Of a DNA stretch of 64,000 nt, positions 14,601 to 25,705 are shown piece after piece. The stretch is taken from NCBI GenBank assembly GCA_051294905.1, contig CM119373.1:23188001-23252000 (forward strand), in the 5' to 3' direction. The translations under genes were made by a program, and so were the position numbers. Below the pieces are notes generated by a model. The model had not been told where the DNA came from. It searched no databases and saw only the letters and a program-made list of their open reading frames with translations. Position 1 is the first letter of the stretch. The number at the start of each line of letters is the position of its first letter. Origin of the DNA: Botryllus schlosseri (Eukaryota).

Positions 14601-17600
14601 GCGATCATTGCGTCCAGCTTGTTAAAATGCAAAATGTAGATGGATCTATTGATATTGTGTAAGCAAGAGTTCGGGCTCTGACAGCCGGTAAATCCATGGG
14701 CCGTAAACGTCAAATTGAGCCTGGAAGATCTCCGCTGCGTTGCGAGTAATGTTAAAACTTAGGGATATTCGAGACATGTCAATACACATGTACTGTACAG
14801 TTGTGGAAATATAATATAACTTGTTTCAAACTACTCAGGTAATTTCCCAACTCAGAAGTACATATGTTACATCGGATATGGCGACTTTCAACACTACTAG
14901 ATGAATCCTCACGAGTACCGCAAAATACTATAATATATACGATGATGGAATATATACTAAATTCAGTCATAGTGATGCGCCGACTATTCCACGCGGACGG
15001 TTCCGATGACCATTCAATTCACAAAAGTGATGCAAACATATCGCATAACTGCTTTCCACATTTAAACAGTCAATGTATAAAACGTAAGTACGTTTGCCTA
15101 CAAACTGTTTTACCAGAAATGGAAGTAGTAAAAAAAACACCACTTGAGCAAGAAGAGCAAGTATAGGCAAAATCCTACTTAAGTACCCCGAAAAAGAAGA
15201 AGTAGTTCGTTTGTCACATCTGCAGATTTGATATGTAAGCAATAGTAGTTCGAAAATCACGATAATGACTGTAGGCTACTTCCAGAGCCAACGCGCGATA
15301 AGGCAGAGTATTCTCGATCTGCAAAAAGCCGAATACGAAGAGTCATTGCGAGCAGATAGAGAAAAGGTAAGATGACGATGTATTATTGGCTTGTGAAAAA
15401 GCCAGGACAGCCAATCAGAAACTTCCACTGACTACCATTGCTCAGCGGAGATATTGGTGTAAAAACAAGCTATGGTAGACTGAGCGATAGGTAATATATT
15501 TTTAGATGTAAAATTATAAAATGCATTTTTCCACCTTAGAAACATGCAGTTGCGTACGACCATGCGACAATCTGCCTCCGCACACTAAACGTTAGGAGCA
15601 CATCACGGATAGGAAAAAAGAATCAGTGATTCGAATCAATTCTCGAATCCGATAGTTCAAATCGAATCAAGCATTTCGAATGCTGAATCCGATAAATCCG
15701 AGCAAATCAACAGGAATAAACATGATGCGGAAAATTGGTATATTTTGAAATTGGGAAAGAGTGGTTTTGATTATCAGTTATCAATTGCGACGACTAATTC
15801 TGTCAATTGGCTTGCGAACGGTGATTGCACGCTCAGGCATAATTTTCAACTTGAAGTGATAGCAGATGCAAACATAGTGATTACAATGATGTCATTGCTG
15901 CACCCGCTCAGCAGATAAAATTTCTTCTAAGTTCCATTCAAAGTGTTAGTTTTGCTGTTAGGTTACAGAGGATCTATGTCTACTATATGATTATGATACA
16001 CGAGCAAGAGCTATTTAAATCTCCCTATTTAACTACTAGTTAATTTCGTTTCTAATGACTGATATCCAACTGTGAATTTTGGAAAATAAAAATGTGGCAA
16101 GGTTATCATTCGAATCCATTCAAGAAATTTTATTTTGGAATCAACTGGGGTTCGAATATTCTCATCCCAAGTCAGCACTAAAGCTAGTACAGCTATAGAG
16201 CGGCGAAGCTTCTTATTACATAACGACACCCCAAAAGAGGTAATTGCAATGTATGCTCCAATCCCAGGAAAAGCAAAGGCTCGAGAAAGAAACGGAGTTG
16301 AAACGCATTTCAGACTGCGGGGTGCGAATTGGAAATCTGAAAATGGAGAACAGGAAGCAGGATAAAGACAAACTAAAATACAGAAAAATGTTGCCAAAGG
16401 AACCAACATCGTCGAAGCAGGTTTGCTTGTTTGTTTGATATTTATGGTGTTTCGACTGCATTAGTCATTTTGCACCGGGCCGATTCTCTTTATTTTTATT
16501 CCGTATTCACCGACTTGTAGCACGGCCCAGTTATAGGTTTTCATAAGACACGGACGATATGAATGATCGACGCAGGTATGAGGCGAATCAAATTTTAAGT
16601 GCATTTGGAATGATGGAAAACTACATGTCAGACGGACATTTTGAATATATTGTGACTGCCAGTTAAATCGAGTATCTGGCAGATTTGATTCCAAAACGAG
16701 TATTCGAGAGACATGAATTGTGACGTCATAATAGCACGAATGACTTCTCGAGATATCAAACATGTACCTATTTGCGGCATCGAGGAGAGGAAAATAATGC
16801 CAGTCTCTAGTGCAGTGGTTCTCAACCTTTTTGTCTTCACGGACCCCTTTCGGACGGTCACGCACCCCGCGGACCCCGACGAAGTTTTTTTCAAATTTAT
16901 TTCAATGATCGCGCATTCGTCATGTGTCTTGTGCAAATGATAACTGTAGGCGTAGTGATAAACAGCAACAAAATGAGTTTTCTTGAAAATACGATCATGC
17001 TATTCATGTAGAAATTAGTTTCACTTCTATTATGTCAAAGCGGATTCTGCAACTGCATTTCTTGAAATACGCGGCCGTGTCTTGAAAATCCGCGCCTTCG
17101 ATTTGATATGAGCGAGTGCCGACAATCTATTTCCACAAATATAGACCAATGTAATAATAACTCGTAACGCTTCCGACGACACATTTGAGTATGATCGCAA
17201 CAAATATGGCACCAAAATTGACAAACAAATTTTTAAATGAACATATAACGTCAAGCCTGGTCAGTTCTATCTAGGAGCTTATCTTGAAGGTATTACAGAG
17301 AAAATGATTATGTATATCGCAGGAGGGCACAAAGATTTTTGTAAACATTTCGAAGTTACCTCGATTAACCTTACTCATCCAACTTTTTCCCTCCACAATC
17401 CCCAACAAAACATCTCTAAACAGCAAACCGTTTGTATCAGTAGGCAATTGGCAATTTAGCAATTAAAGTGAGTCTGCCCAGTAGGATATTTCATCACAGA
17501 CGGTCATTCTGTTGATGTAAGCTCTGGAGTTTTACTAGTAATGAAGCGAAATAGCCTCGTGATTTTCCGAACATAAAAATACAAATTAGGTTATCAACTA

Positions 17601-20532
17601 ATTTGAGGCTTCGCGGACCCCCTGAAAATGCTTCACGGACCCCCGGTTGAGAACCACTGCTCTAGTGTTACAAAGCCAGGGTGTGTTTCAAGTTGCAAAA
17701 AACGTTTAATAGCAGCATCGAATATCGAATCGATACATCCAAGCATCTCAAGGGAAGCGGTTGAATTATAAAAACGTAAAGTCACTCCCTGCGTGCAATG
17801 CATACGTCGAAGAACGAAATGCAATTAGAGAATACATAATGTCCCGGAATAATATTTATTTATAAATTTATCTGAAGAAATAGTGTTTTGTTTCATGAAA
17901 CAGAACGTATCCCAATCATCTTCAACCTTACGAGTTTCTCGTGGAATATTTGATGATAAGCAGCATTTTTTCCCAAGAGTTGCTCCTGCAATTGAACAGA
18001 TCAGTGCTCTTCAACCTTTTTCGTCGTGGCACACCCTTTTAACGTTTAGTCGAAACTCGTACACCCCCTGACCACATAACACACTGATTCCGTATAGTAG
18101 GCTAAGCGAAATTCAAGGGGTGTTCAACCTTTTTCCTATTCACGGTCGTACTTTGATTACATATAAGGCCGCATTCCGGCGGAGAATCGTCATGGCCCAT
18201 CCTGGACATGTTAAATTGGCTACTGGGAACTTCGCAGCGCGGCGAGTCGTTGTGGTGTTCTGTGCCATCACTGATTTTTTAGAGATATACCTTGCGTATA
18301 AAAGTTTATAAGTGTAGATGCAAAACACCCCGCAGGGTTACTATATATGCACCAAAATCACGTGTAAATGCTAGAAAAAGTTATCGGGATTCCTTTTCTA
18401 GAGCGCAGGCGCGAAAGATTTCTCCACCTGGACAAATAGTTTCGTCGATAATATTGGTTCTTTCATTGTCAAATATTTATCCTTTCTCAGTCCACGTGAT
18501 CAGATTAATCGGTAGAGCTTATGGTATTCGAAAATTTCGGGCACAAAATTATTGATATTATTACATTTTCAGGTTTCTAATAATCACTTTGTTGCATGTT
18601 ATTACTTTTCTACCTCCAATCGGTATTGTAGGCATAGTCTAAATATATATTGCAATTGCCCAAACGTACCAGATGACCAGACTTGGTATTTCATTATGAG
18701 GTGCAACATTTTCCTTTGCGGTTCGTTGCCTACTCGTACGGTGGGGTTCAGATTACACTATTATATTAAAAACGAAAAAAATTTCCAGTACCCTGAATCA
18801 TCCCCTTCAACCGAGAATAAAATTTTCAAGTTTAAATAAAATCTCACATATATTTGGGAACCAATTCGTTAGTTCAAATTGCGTATTACCGGCCGCCGAC
18901 AAACTCTATGTGAATATGACCGCATAATTATCGATTTACGGCTGCTTGCGACCATACGTCTGCAGTTTGGCCACCCCTGGCCTGTTGAAATAAGGATGAG
19001 CAAGACTGCAACGGATTGGAAATGCTAAATACTAATCAGGGCTCGAGGTTACCGAACCAAAGTAGTTTTCGAACTCGACCCACCCCCACCACCCCCACCG
19101 ACATTGAGGCTATGTCTCTGCAATTATGTACACTGCGCTATTTATAAACATCTCGCAGGAAGTACCAATTCAAAATGTCTGAGCTCTGGCGGCGGTTTCC
19201 TCGAGAATCATTATAGACAGATATTGCAAGCTGGACATATGTCAACTCCATCCTGTTCTACTCCGAAGGGAAGTCAATTACCAACGGTGAAATCATTAGG
19301 AGAAACATTTTCCGATTACACCACAAATGGAATGTAATATACAAGCTGCGTGCAGCTGATATGAATAATTAAACATTGCACGATATTGCACACCCCATCA
19401 ACATGTTCTGATGTATAAACTTGCCTATGTATTGTTATAGCTAGTCATTAGTCCATTTTACTGCAGATCTGGTACACCCCAGTACAGCCCATCTGAGTGG
19501 TACACCTTTATAAAATTTTGGTACACCCTGGGGTGTACGATATACTCGGTTGAATAGCCCTCGAATGAATTACATAATCCCATTATCCTGAATTCTAGTT
19601 CGTGATTCTCTGTTATACCTCAATGCTACTGGGGTAATTTTACAACGAGGATGGTCTCTTGATATAATAATTCTCTAATTCTAAGTGAAAAGTTGAAACA
19701 AATATTATACTTTTACAGAGCAAAAAATTGCGATTTCGCAAGCCTACAGGGGACGGATACCTAATGCGCAGCTTCTCTCCTGCTAATAAGCTCCAAGACA
19801 TTCTGAACTTTACAGCGTCTGAAGGATTTCCGCAATCGAAATACCGAATATTAGCTCTTTGTCCAAGCAGAGAGGTATGGACTTTTTATATTTAGTATTG
19901 GCATGTAGTATTGACAATTGCGGCACCTTATATAGGATAGCATGAACATTTGCAAGACTTATCAAAACTCATTCAAGTGGAAGTATAGTAAATTAACGTA
20001 TGAATACTATTCAAATAAGTAGTTTCAAGAAGTAGATTTCGATACGTGGTCATATAGTTTAAGCGGTAATCTTCGAAAGTATGTCCAGTCATCTAGAATC
20101 TAGATATTGGAGGATAATTCACCAAGTAGATATTACAATTTCACTCGCAAGAGTGATGAAAACATGCTATAAAACTACTTTTTACTTAAACTACTACAAT
20201 TTATAAATACAAAGTGTCTACTGGAGGTGGTATCATCTAAAATGCTGTAAAGTGGAAGTGGAAGTGGGTACGGCAGCACAGCAGAAAGCTATTTGAATAG
20301 TCATGAAAAGTAAAAGTATTTCGTTACGGACCAGTTGTGATATGTAAGTTGCTTTGTTCCCATCCTACAATAAATCCGTGGCTGGCCAGGAAGAACATGG
20401 CGCATGTTACTAGATAACATATGGCTTAATATGTTTCTTTCCTTTCGTTAGATATCAAGTATGACCCCGACCAGACCACTGAGCGCCTTCGGACTGGCAC
20501 AGCAAGAGACGTTAATAATCGAGGAGAAATGA
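8480..20532 (+). CDS. FAF1: FAF1-like (FAS-associated factor 1 family; UAS, coiled-coil, UBX), multi-exon gene, 5' end unresolved
   Basis: Nine exons with GT-AG boundaries and consistent phases (8480-8633, 10222-10380, 11186-11327, 13869-14005, 14068-14156, 15286-15366, 16268-16420, 19719-19874, 20452-20532) join into one ORF of 383 aa + stop. It is colinear with the FAF1 UAS (FIGSLE, AIYLHHD, W-D-T...NR-RFL, GNTT), the coiled coil (Y-ESL-ADR-K) and the UBX domain. Confidence 0.85.
9190..10005. repeat. Degraded fold-back element related to the 62116-62778 family
   Basis: CTTGATAAAATTGTTAGGTTAC and CCAGTGGAAGCGAAGTTA motifs at about 9400-9465 match the 62.1-kb element; imperfect inverted arms at about 9200-9260 and 9950-10000. 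Confidence 0.4.
10222..10380 (+). CDS. FAF1: FAF1-like exon, UAS N-terminal part
   Basis: tttttcag|...|gtaagt; PSDPKDDEQATTHFKREFRSRFGPNCPKFLIGSLENAVWCAGGRHLEDEKLL. Confidence 0.9.
11186..11327 (+). CDS. FAF1: FAF1-like exon, UAS
   Basis: ttttcag|...|gtaaaa; AIYLHHDGSVNGDRFSIQLLCSEMAVDIFSRDYMVFGWDFTDETNRQR. Confidence 0.9.
11444..13600 (+). mobile_element. Decayed piggyBac DNA transposon in a FAF1 intron
   Basis: TTAA (11440-43) followed by CACTAGAACTACCAAGTAGCTTTTTT; inverse copy at 13572-13598. Frameshifted transposase motifs: ISRIKFMEVMNFL (~12070), YMVNAPEKLEIKCQMVDAAAIKYLYKGVPYLGKD (12164-12265), TVKFYN..IDQAVSQYSI..ASRRWSVHVF/WNVIDL (13070-13220), and a Cys-rich tail (~13410-13470). 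Confidence 0.75.
12439..12884. mobile_element. hAT-type MITE (TAGGG termini) inserted in the piggyBac
   Basis: TIRs TAGGGTTACATTTAAAACAAA / TTTGTCTTAAATGCAACCCTA; 8-bp TSD TTCCCAGG/TTCCCAGC. Confidence 0.75.
13869..14005 (+). CDS. FAF1: FAF1-like exon, UAS
   Basis: aag|...|gtaggc; FLTSAATILDRSTIYDVSRAHKDRYPMLLIVRCRNSRCRVQKRFEG. Phase 2 to phase 1 fits both neighbours. Confidence 0.85.
14068..14156 (+). CDS. FAF1: FAF1-like exon, end of UAS
   Basis: 62-nt intron before it; NTTRGDFIETLTLEADYAQQERKVTRENE|gtgact. Confidence 0.85.
15286..15366 (+). CDS. FAF1: FAF1-like exon, coiled coil
   Basis: ttccag|SQRAIRQSILDLQKAEYEESLRADREK|gtaaga. Confidence 0.9.
16268..16420 (+). CDS. FAF1: FAF1-like exon, coiled coil to LPKEP linker
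   Basis: cccag|EKQRLEKETELKR...KMLPKEPTSSKQ|gtttgc. LPxEP is the motif that precedes UBX. Confidence 0.75.
16421..16590 (-). mobile_element. 3' fragment of the SINE/LINE family at 7400 and 28815
   Basis: GTTTG tail followed by ATGGTGTTTCGACT..GTCATTTTGCACC..TTCCGTATTCACCGACTTGTAGCAC homology. Confidence 0.6.
16813..17659. mobile_element. Non-autonomous hAT (Buster/Charlie-type), 847 bp
   Basis: TIRs CAGTGGTTCTCAACC / GGTTGAGAACCACTG; perfect 8-bp TSD CTCTAGTG. Confidence 0.9.
18114..18979. mobile_element. Degenerate hAT-type MITE
   Basis: CAAGGGGTGTTCAAC ... GTTTGGCCACCCCTG termini; no TSD recognisable. Confidence 0.45.
19719..19874 (+). CDS. FAF1: FAF1-like exon, UBX domain
   Basis: ttttacag|SKKLRFRKPTGDGYLMRSFSPANKLQDILNFTASEGFPQSKYRILALCPSRE|gtatgg. 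Confidence 0.9.
20452..20532 (+). CDS. FAF1: FAF1-like terminal exon, UBX C-terminus
   Basis: tttcgttag|ISSMTPTRPLSAFGLAQQETLIIEEK-TGA. Confidence 0.9.
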   Translation: MSSMTPTRPLSAFGLAQQETLIIEEK

Positions 20533-20789
20533 AAAATATACTTTGCAGCTTTTAATAAGTGTCATTGAATACTGATCCAGTCACGTTGGAGATACTAACG
20601 CGCTTTCATTGCGGGTCAATCATATGATGTGGCATGACCCACCCACTAGCCGTTGACAAGTATGCCGATGCGCATTAGGGCTGTTTAAAAATAAATTAAA
20701 AACATATTTGCAGCTATTTGATAAAACTGTCAAGTTGGCTCAAAAACGCTGCATACCAAATTTCCAACTAATAGATGCGCAGCTACAGG

Positions 20790-21090
20790 ACTTCGGACAC
20801 TTTGAATTTAATATGGAAAAATTGAAAAACAAATTCAAATTTCATTCAGTTGTCAAGTTGTCTTCAAAAACTACGTTAAACTTTTTTGACTCAATTCAAA
20901 CCTGCAGAAGCGAAGTTATTTGAGTTTTTCATTCATAACTATGGGATTATCCACCGTCAATGTTGTTTTTTTGCAAGGCGAAGAGTTTGAACTGAAATAA
21001 CTTCGCTTCTACCGGTTGGAAGTAGGCAGAAATTGCTACGTATCGTTATTTTGAACAGCTTGACAATTTGATGGAGTTGACAGTAGAATT
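20790..21090. repeat. Degraded fold-back (imperfect inverted repeat)
   Basis: TTCAAACCTGCAGAAGCGAAGTTATTT (~20895) versus AAATAACTTCGCTTCTACCGGTTGGAA (~20995); motif related to the 62116 element. Confidence 0.45.
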
Positions 21091-21624
21091 TGAAACAAAA
21101 TAATGATAGCTGTAGCTTCACACGTACTAGTCAGAATTGATCCAAATTCGGCGTGGGACGTTTTTTTGCCAACCTGACCATTTCAGTATTTAGCCGCAAA
21201 TATTTAAAAAACGGTCAAGGATAGTGCTCATTCATGCCGCGCGGGGAATGTGAACACTGAATATTCATCAAATAGATAGTTCATTGAGCAAAGAATGGGA
21301 ATTCACTGGGGTTCCACACGGATTGAAAGCAAATACGTAACATTTTCTTAGGTATGGACAACAGTGAAGCGCTGAAAGGACAGAAGTGGTCCTACTTCTC
21401 ATTAGTTCTCGTTGCTACGCGAGTAGAAGTAATACAAATAACAGTAGAAATTGAACGCCCAGAAAAATACTCAGCTGAGTAGTTTTAAAGCGAGGGTCTG
21501 ATCCGCAGTGGTCGCACACGTTTAGCAGTAAATCTGAGGTGGCTGCTACCAATGTGCATATTTAATACCGGCACAATATGATTGATGACACTACAAAAAG
21601 TGCAATCTGTGACTGTATGCTCAT

Positions 21625-22005
21625 TAGGGCGGAGCGGATCGACAAATTCTCTCGTTCGACTTCGATCCTGTTTTTTAATTCTCTGATCCGGCTCAGATCG
21701 GGTTCCGGCTCCGATCCTTCTCCGGCTAAAAATGAAAAAGTCCGGCCGGATATCCAATCCGGCTCCGGTTCATGCTCCACCATACTTGGAATGGTGGTTC
21801 CGTGAATTCTTAAATATGGCTCGGTTATTTTCGCACTTACTTGGCCGTTACTTGCGTGCGGTCGGTTGGTAGTTATTTCGTTACAAAAGTCATGCTTATC
21901 AATAATGATTCTAGCCAGATCAAAAATTACTGATCCGGCTCCGGCCATGATTGAAAAATATCCGACCGGATATCCTATCCGGCTCCGGTCCATGCTCCGC
22001 ACCTA
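21625..22005. mobile_element. MITE with GATCCGGCTCC subterminal repeats
   Basis: TAGGGCGGAGC / GCTCCGCACCTA termini; degenerate TSD. Explains the EPEPD low-complexity ORFs. Confidence 0.6.
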
Positions 22006-22429
22006 TGTTCACAGTGATGAGCACCGGAGCGGAGTCGGAGTGGATTCGGAGCGGAGTTTTGCCAATTTTGTGATACCCGGAGTGGAGTCGGAGTTTACAA
22101 CAGATATTTTTCCGGAGTTTTACGGAGTATTGTGAGTTTTGCCCCCGATATCTTTCGATAGCTTTGACCAGAAGACACTATTGATTACAAACCAAAACAC
22201 AGACAGTTGACACCTTGTAAAGTTGTAATATGACCGGAGACCGGTAACATGCAAAAATGATTGACAAGTGCATAAAAATCAGCCATCTGCACTGCAATTG
22301 GGGACTGGAGAGTAACCTAGTGATCTAGCAAGGCATTTCCGCTGAGCAGTGTCTGTAGTTCACAAACTTGAAGACACCCAATATCGTTCGCAGCGCATCA
22401 TTTTCTCCCTGCAATGAGATGCAGGCACC

Positions 22430-24590
22430 ATCGAAGGCAAAAAAGTGTACAAAAAATATGCAAACCAAGTGACGCATATGAAAGAAAATGCCAAAAAAGC
22501 ATACTTCCAAAAAAGATTTGAAGAGTGCTCCAAAGATCCCAAGAACACATGGAAAACCATTGGAGAAATTATCAACCTAACTAAAGGTAATGCTCCCAAG
22601 AGTGCTGATGACATCGAGCTACTCGAGAATGGCAGCATCATCAAAGACCAGCTTGCAGTAGCAGAAAAGTTCAATCAGTATTTTTGCAACATTGGTCCGG
22701 ATCTTGCAGCTTCAATACCAGACTCCTCCGATGACTTTCTCTCGTACTTGAGTCCTGGCCCTCAGAAATCCATTTTTCTTGAGCCGACAAGTAAAGGAGA
22801 AGTTGCGATCGTATTATCTGAAATGAAAAGTAACAAAGCAGTAGGACCCGATCTCATCCCAACTCACTTTCTGAAGCTAGTCTTTAATATTATTGGTGAT
22901 GTTATATGCATTTTCTTTAATGAGTCGATACGTCTAGGCATTTTCCCAGATGCACTGAAAACTGCCAGAGTAATGCCAGTGTTTAAGAAAGGCTGTAAAA
23001 AGCTAATTTCTAACTACCGACCAATATCTGTTTTGCCAAATCTTGCCACGGTTTTTGAGAAACTGATTGACTGCCGACTAAAGAACTTTTTTGAATTGAA
23101 TGCAGTACTGTCTCCGACTCAGCATGGATTCAGATCCAACCACAACACCAACCATGCAATACTATCAATTGTAACGGACTATTACAAAACCATCAAGCAA
23201 AAAGAAAGTGGCTGCAGCATTTTTATCGATCTCCGCAAAGCTTTCGACACAGTTAACCACAGAATCTTAAGATACAAGCTAGAACACTATGGAATCAGGG
23301 GTATTGCAGCAACTCTACTTGAAAGCTACCTGGCAAACCGCAAACAATTTGTTAAACTGGGGTCATTAAGAAAGACTACCAGAGATATAACTTGTGGAGT
23401 GCCACAAGGCTCAGTCCTTGGACCGACTTTTTTCCTCATTTATATTAACGACATTGTTAATGCATCTTTATTCCGCACAACGCTATTTGCTGATGATACT
23501 CACCTCTTCATAACCTCCAACACTGTCGATGGTTTGCATGCATCTGTGAATATGGAACTCCCAAAAGTGTCGAGATGGCTCCAAGCAAACAAACTAAGTT
23601 TGAATGCAGATAAGACCGAGATGCTCGTTTTAAATAATGCCAGTCATAATTTCACTGTGAACATCAATCATAAACAAATCTCAATATGTGACTCAGCAAA
23701 ATATCTCGGCGTCACCATTGATTCCAAATTGTCTTGGAAGCAGCATATTGAATGCACAATATCAAAACTAGCTCGGTGTGTGGGAATAATGACCCGTCTC
23801 CAATCTTTGGTTTCCAGATCAGTGCTACGAACCATCTACTTCTCTCTTTTTCACTCTCATCTGCAATATGGAATCGTAGTATGGGGAAATGCATGCACAA
23901 CATTTTTGTGCAGAATTCGAACCCTGCAAAACCGTGCGATACGGCTGATCTCATCTGTACCTTTACGTACCAATTTATCGCCTTACTACCGTAAGCATCG
24001 AATTTTGCGAGTTGATGAACTATATCGCTTCGAAGTATCAAAAGTTGTTCACAAATATTTTTCCAATAGTCTGCCTCCTGTGTTTGATGACTTTTTCATA
24101 CCTGCTAAACATGTCCATTCCCATTACACGAGATCCTCGTCTAAAGGAAACATCTACTTACCCCCACCCAATAGCAACCTCACTAAGAGATCTATCGACT
24201 ACTCGGGACCTATCATCTGGAATGCATTACCACCACATATCCGTGAATTGCCTTATAATAGATTCAAAAAAGCCCTACTTGATCACCTCTTGTCGTTACA
24301 CTAACACTGTTGCCCTACCTCGCCCAGACATTGCTTCATTGATCATTTGCCACCATTGTTTAATTTTTTCTATTTTCCTTTAACTAAACATTTCTTTACA
24401 GCCAGACTGTTCAGAGTCAAGTGTACCTGTTTGATGCTGGTGTGATCAGACTAGATGACCTTCACGGTCTTATCGATCATTCCTATCTAATACCGAATAC
24501 TGTGCACGCATATTTTCTGTACCATCATCACTGCCGTTTGTTATGTATTTTGGTTCGATAAAAATAAAGACTCTCTCTCTCTCTCTCTCT
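22430..24590 (+). mobile_element. 5'-truncated LINE with 3' UTR, AATAAA and (CT)10 tail
   Basis: RT ORF, ~265-nt 3' UTR, (CT)10 at 24571-24590. The 3' end is defined independently by the copy at 60697-61159. Confidence 0.9.
22445..24304 (+). CDS. Non-LTR retrotransposon ORF2 reverse transcriptase (CR1 group: CR1/L2/Crack-like), 5'-truncated
   Basis: 619-aa uninterrupted ORF with NYRPIS, FIDLRKAFDTV, GVPQGSVLGP, FADD, KYLGV and C-terminal H-YTR..IWNALP. No endonuclease domain is present. Confidence 0.95.
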   Translation: MYKKYANQVTHMKENAKKAYFQKRFEECSKDPKNTWKTIGEIINLTKGNAPKSADDIELLENGSIIKDQLAVAEKFNQYFCNIGPDLAASIPDSSDDFLSYLSPGPQKSIFLEPTSKGEVAIVLSEMKSNKAVGPDLIPTHFLKLVFNIIGDVICIFFNESIRLGIFPDALKTARVMPVFKKGCKKLISNYRPISVLPNLATVFEKLIDCRLKNFFELNAVLSPTQHGFRSNHNTNHAILSIVTDYYKTIKQKESGCSIFIDLRKAFDTVNHRILRYKLEHYGIRGIAATLLESYLANRKQFVKLGSLRKTTRDITCGVPQGSVLGPTFFLIYINDIVNASLFRTTLFADDTHLFITSNTVDGLHASVNMELPKVSRWLQANKLSLNADKTEMLVLNNASHNFTVNINHKQISICDSAKYLGVTIDSKLSWKQHIECTISKLARCVGIMTRLQSLVSRSVLRTIYFSLFHSHLQYGIVVWGNACTTFLCRIRTLQNRAIRLISSVPLRTNLSPYYRKHRILRVDELYRFEVSKVVHKYFSNSLPPVFDDFFIPAKHVHSHYTRSSSKGNIYLPPPNSNLTKRSIDYSGPIIWNALPPHIRELPYNRFKKALLDHLLSLH

Positions 24591-25705
24591 TTGAATCCAC
24601 TGCTGAATGTCACCATATTATGAGATAAGATCTCCAGAATCTTCCACGTTGCTGTCATTGCAGTCTTCTATAGTCACATCATATTCCTCCTTGCGTATTT
24701 GTTTCGTGACTAATTTTCATGCTACCCCAGTAATTGTGCGAAACATTTACAATCAGCAACATACAGCGGGGCTTCCCTTTGGTACAGCCTTTGGCTACCC
24801 TGATTCTTCCAGCAAGTTGATGATCATAACGGAATATATCCCATTATCCTGATGACATTCAATATAGTAATAGGTCCATTTTGTGAAAATGTATTCCCAA
24901 CGTTGGTATCAGTTGAAACAAGATAATATCCGATACCACTTTTGTGATAACTTTTCGCAACTTTCATCGTACTTGCAATTTGCAGTGAGAGATATCGATA
25001 ATAAGTGTTACATCAATATTACCTTTATATCTGTGAGAAATATACATACAACAAGCAAGTATCTGGATGGAAACAATAATAACTTATGCAATGTGTTACA
25101 TGATTTAATGACATTGCGACGAATTTTCGCTAGTAAGATCCGCTCACAGAGGCATACCAGCATCTAAGCCCGCTTTAAAGATTTCAACAATACATAAATC
25201 ACTAAGGTAAGCTGATCTTACCCTGTAAAAACAGAATATTCCGAATTTCTGAACAGCCACACTAAATAATTACAACCGTCTGCTTTGCTCTGCTCGCATC
25301 AACTCAACTACGCTTCCTTCAATATTGATTGACGTAGTCAGTCATCCAGAACTCTTCTGAATTTTCGTCATGCAATGTTTGGTTTGATTGAGAAATGACT
25401 TTGATGTGATATGAAAAATCAGCACCGCAATCAAGTTTCTGCTGCTGGTCTGTCTCAGACTCCAAATTCCAGATATCATGTATCAGCTTCAAAATTGGAA
25501 GTCACTAGTCATTTAGTCAACTTCAAGGAGCGTCGATCGGTGCGTCAGTGATGCATCATGTATGTTTAGTGCAGTGCAGTTCCATCAACTGTTTCATGGC
25601 GATGCGGAACTTAATTTACTGAAACCTGTGATGTGATCGTCGATTTCAGTAGTGTTAGTGGTAGTTAGTTCGAACTGACTGGTCTTCCTTCGTCGTTTTA
25701 ATATA

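Noticed and set aside
16461-16865. 134-aa minus-strand ORF containing EYGIKIK, reminiscent of piggyBac
   Set aside because: That segment is the SINE/LINE 3' UTR fragment and the ORF begins inside a hAT MITE, so the motif is coincidental.
21485-22135. ORFs with EPEPD/SGSGS low complexity (also 35763-35999, 40375-40740)
   Set aside because: They are translations of GGAGCC/GGAGTC/GATCCGG subterminal repeats of MITEs.
22445-24304. RT as part of a retron, DGR, group II intron or other novel RT system
   Set aside because: Motifs, C-terminal domain, 3' UTR, microsatellite tail and a 5'-truncated sister copy all fit an ordinary non-LTR retrotransposon.
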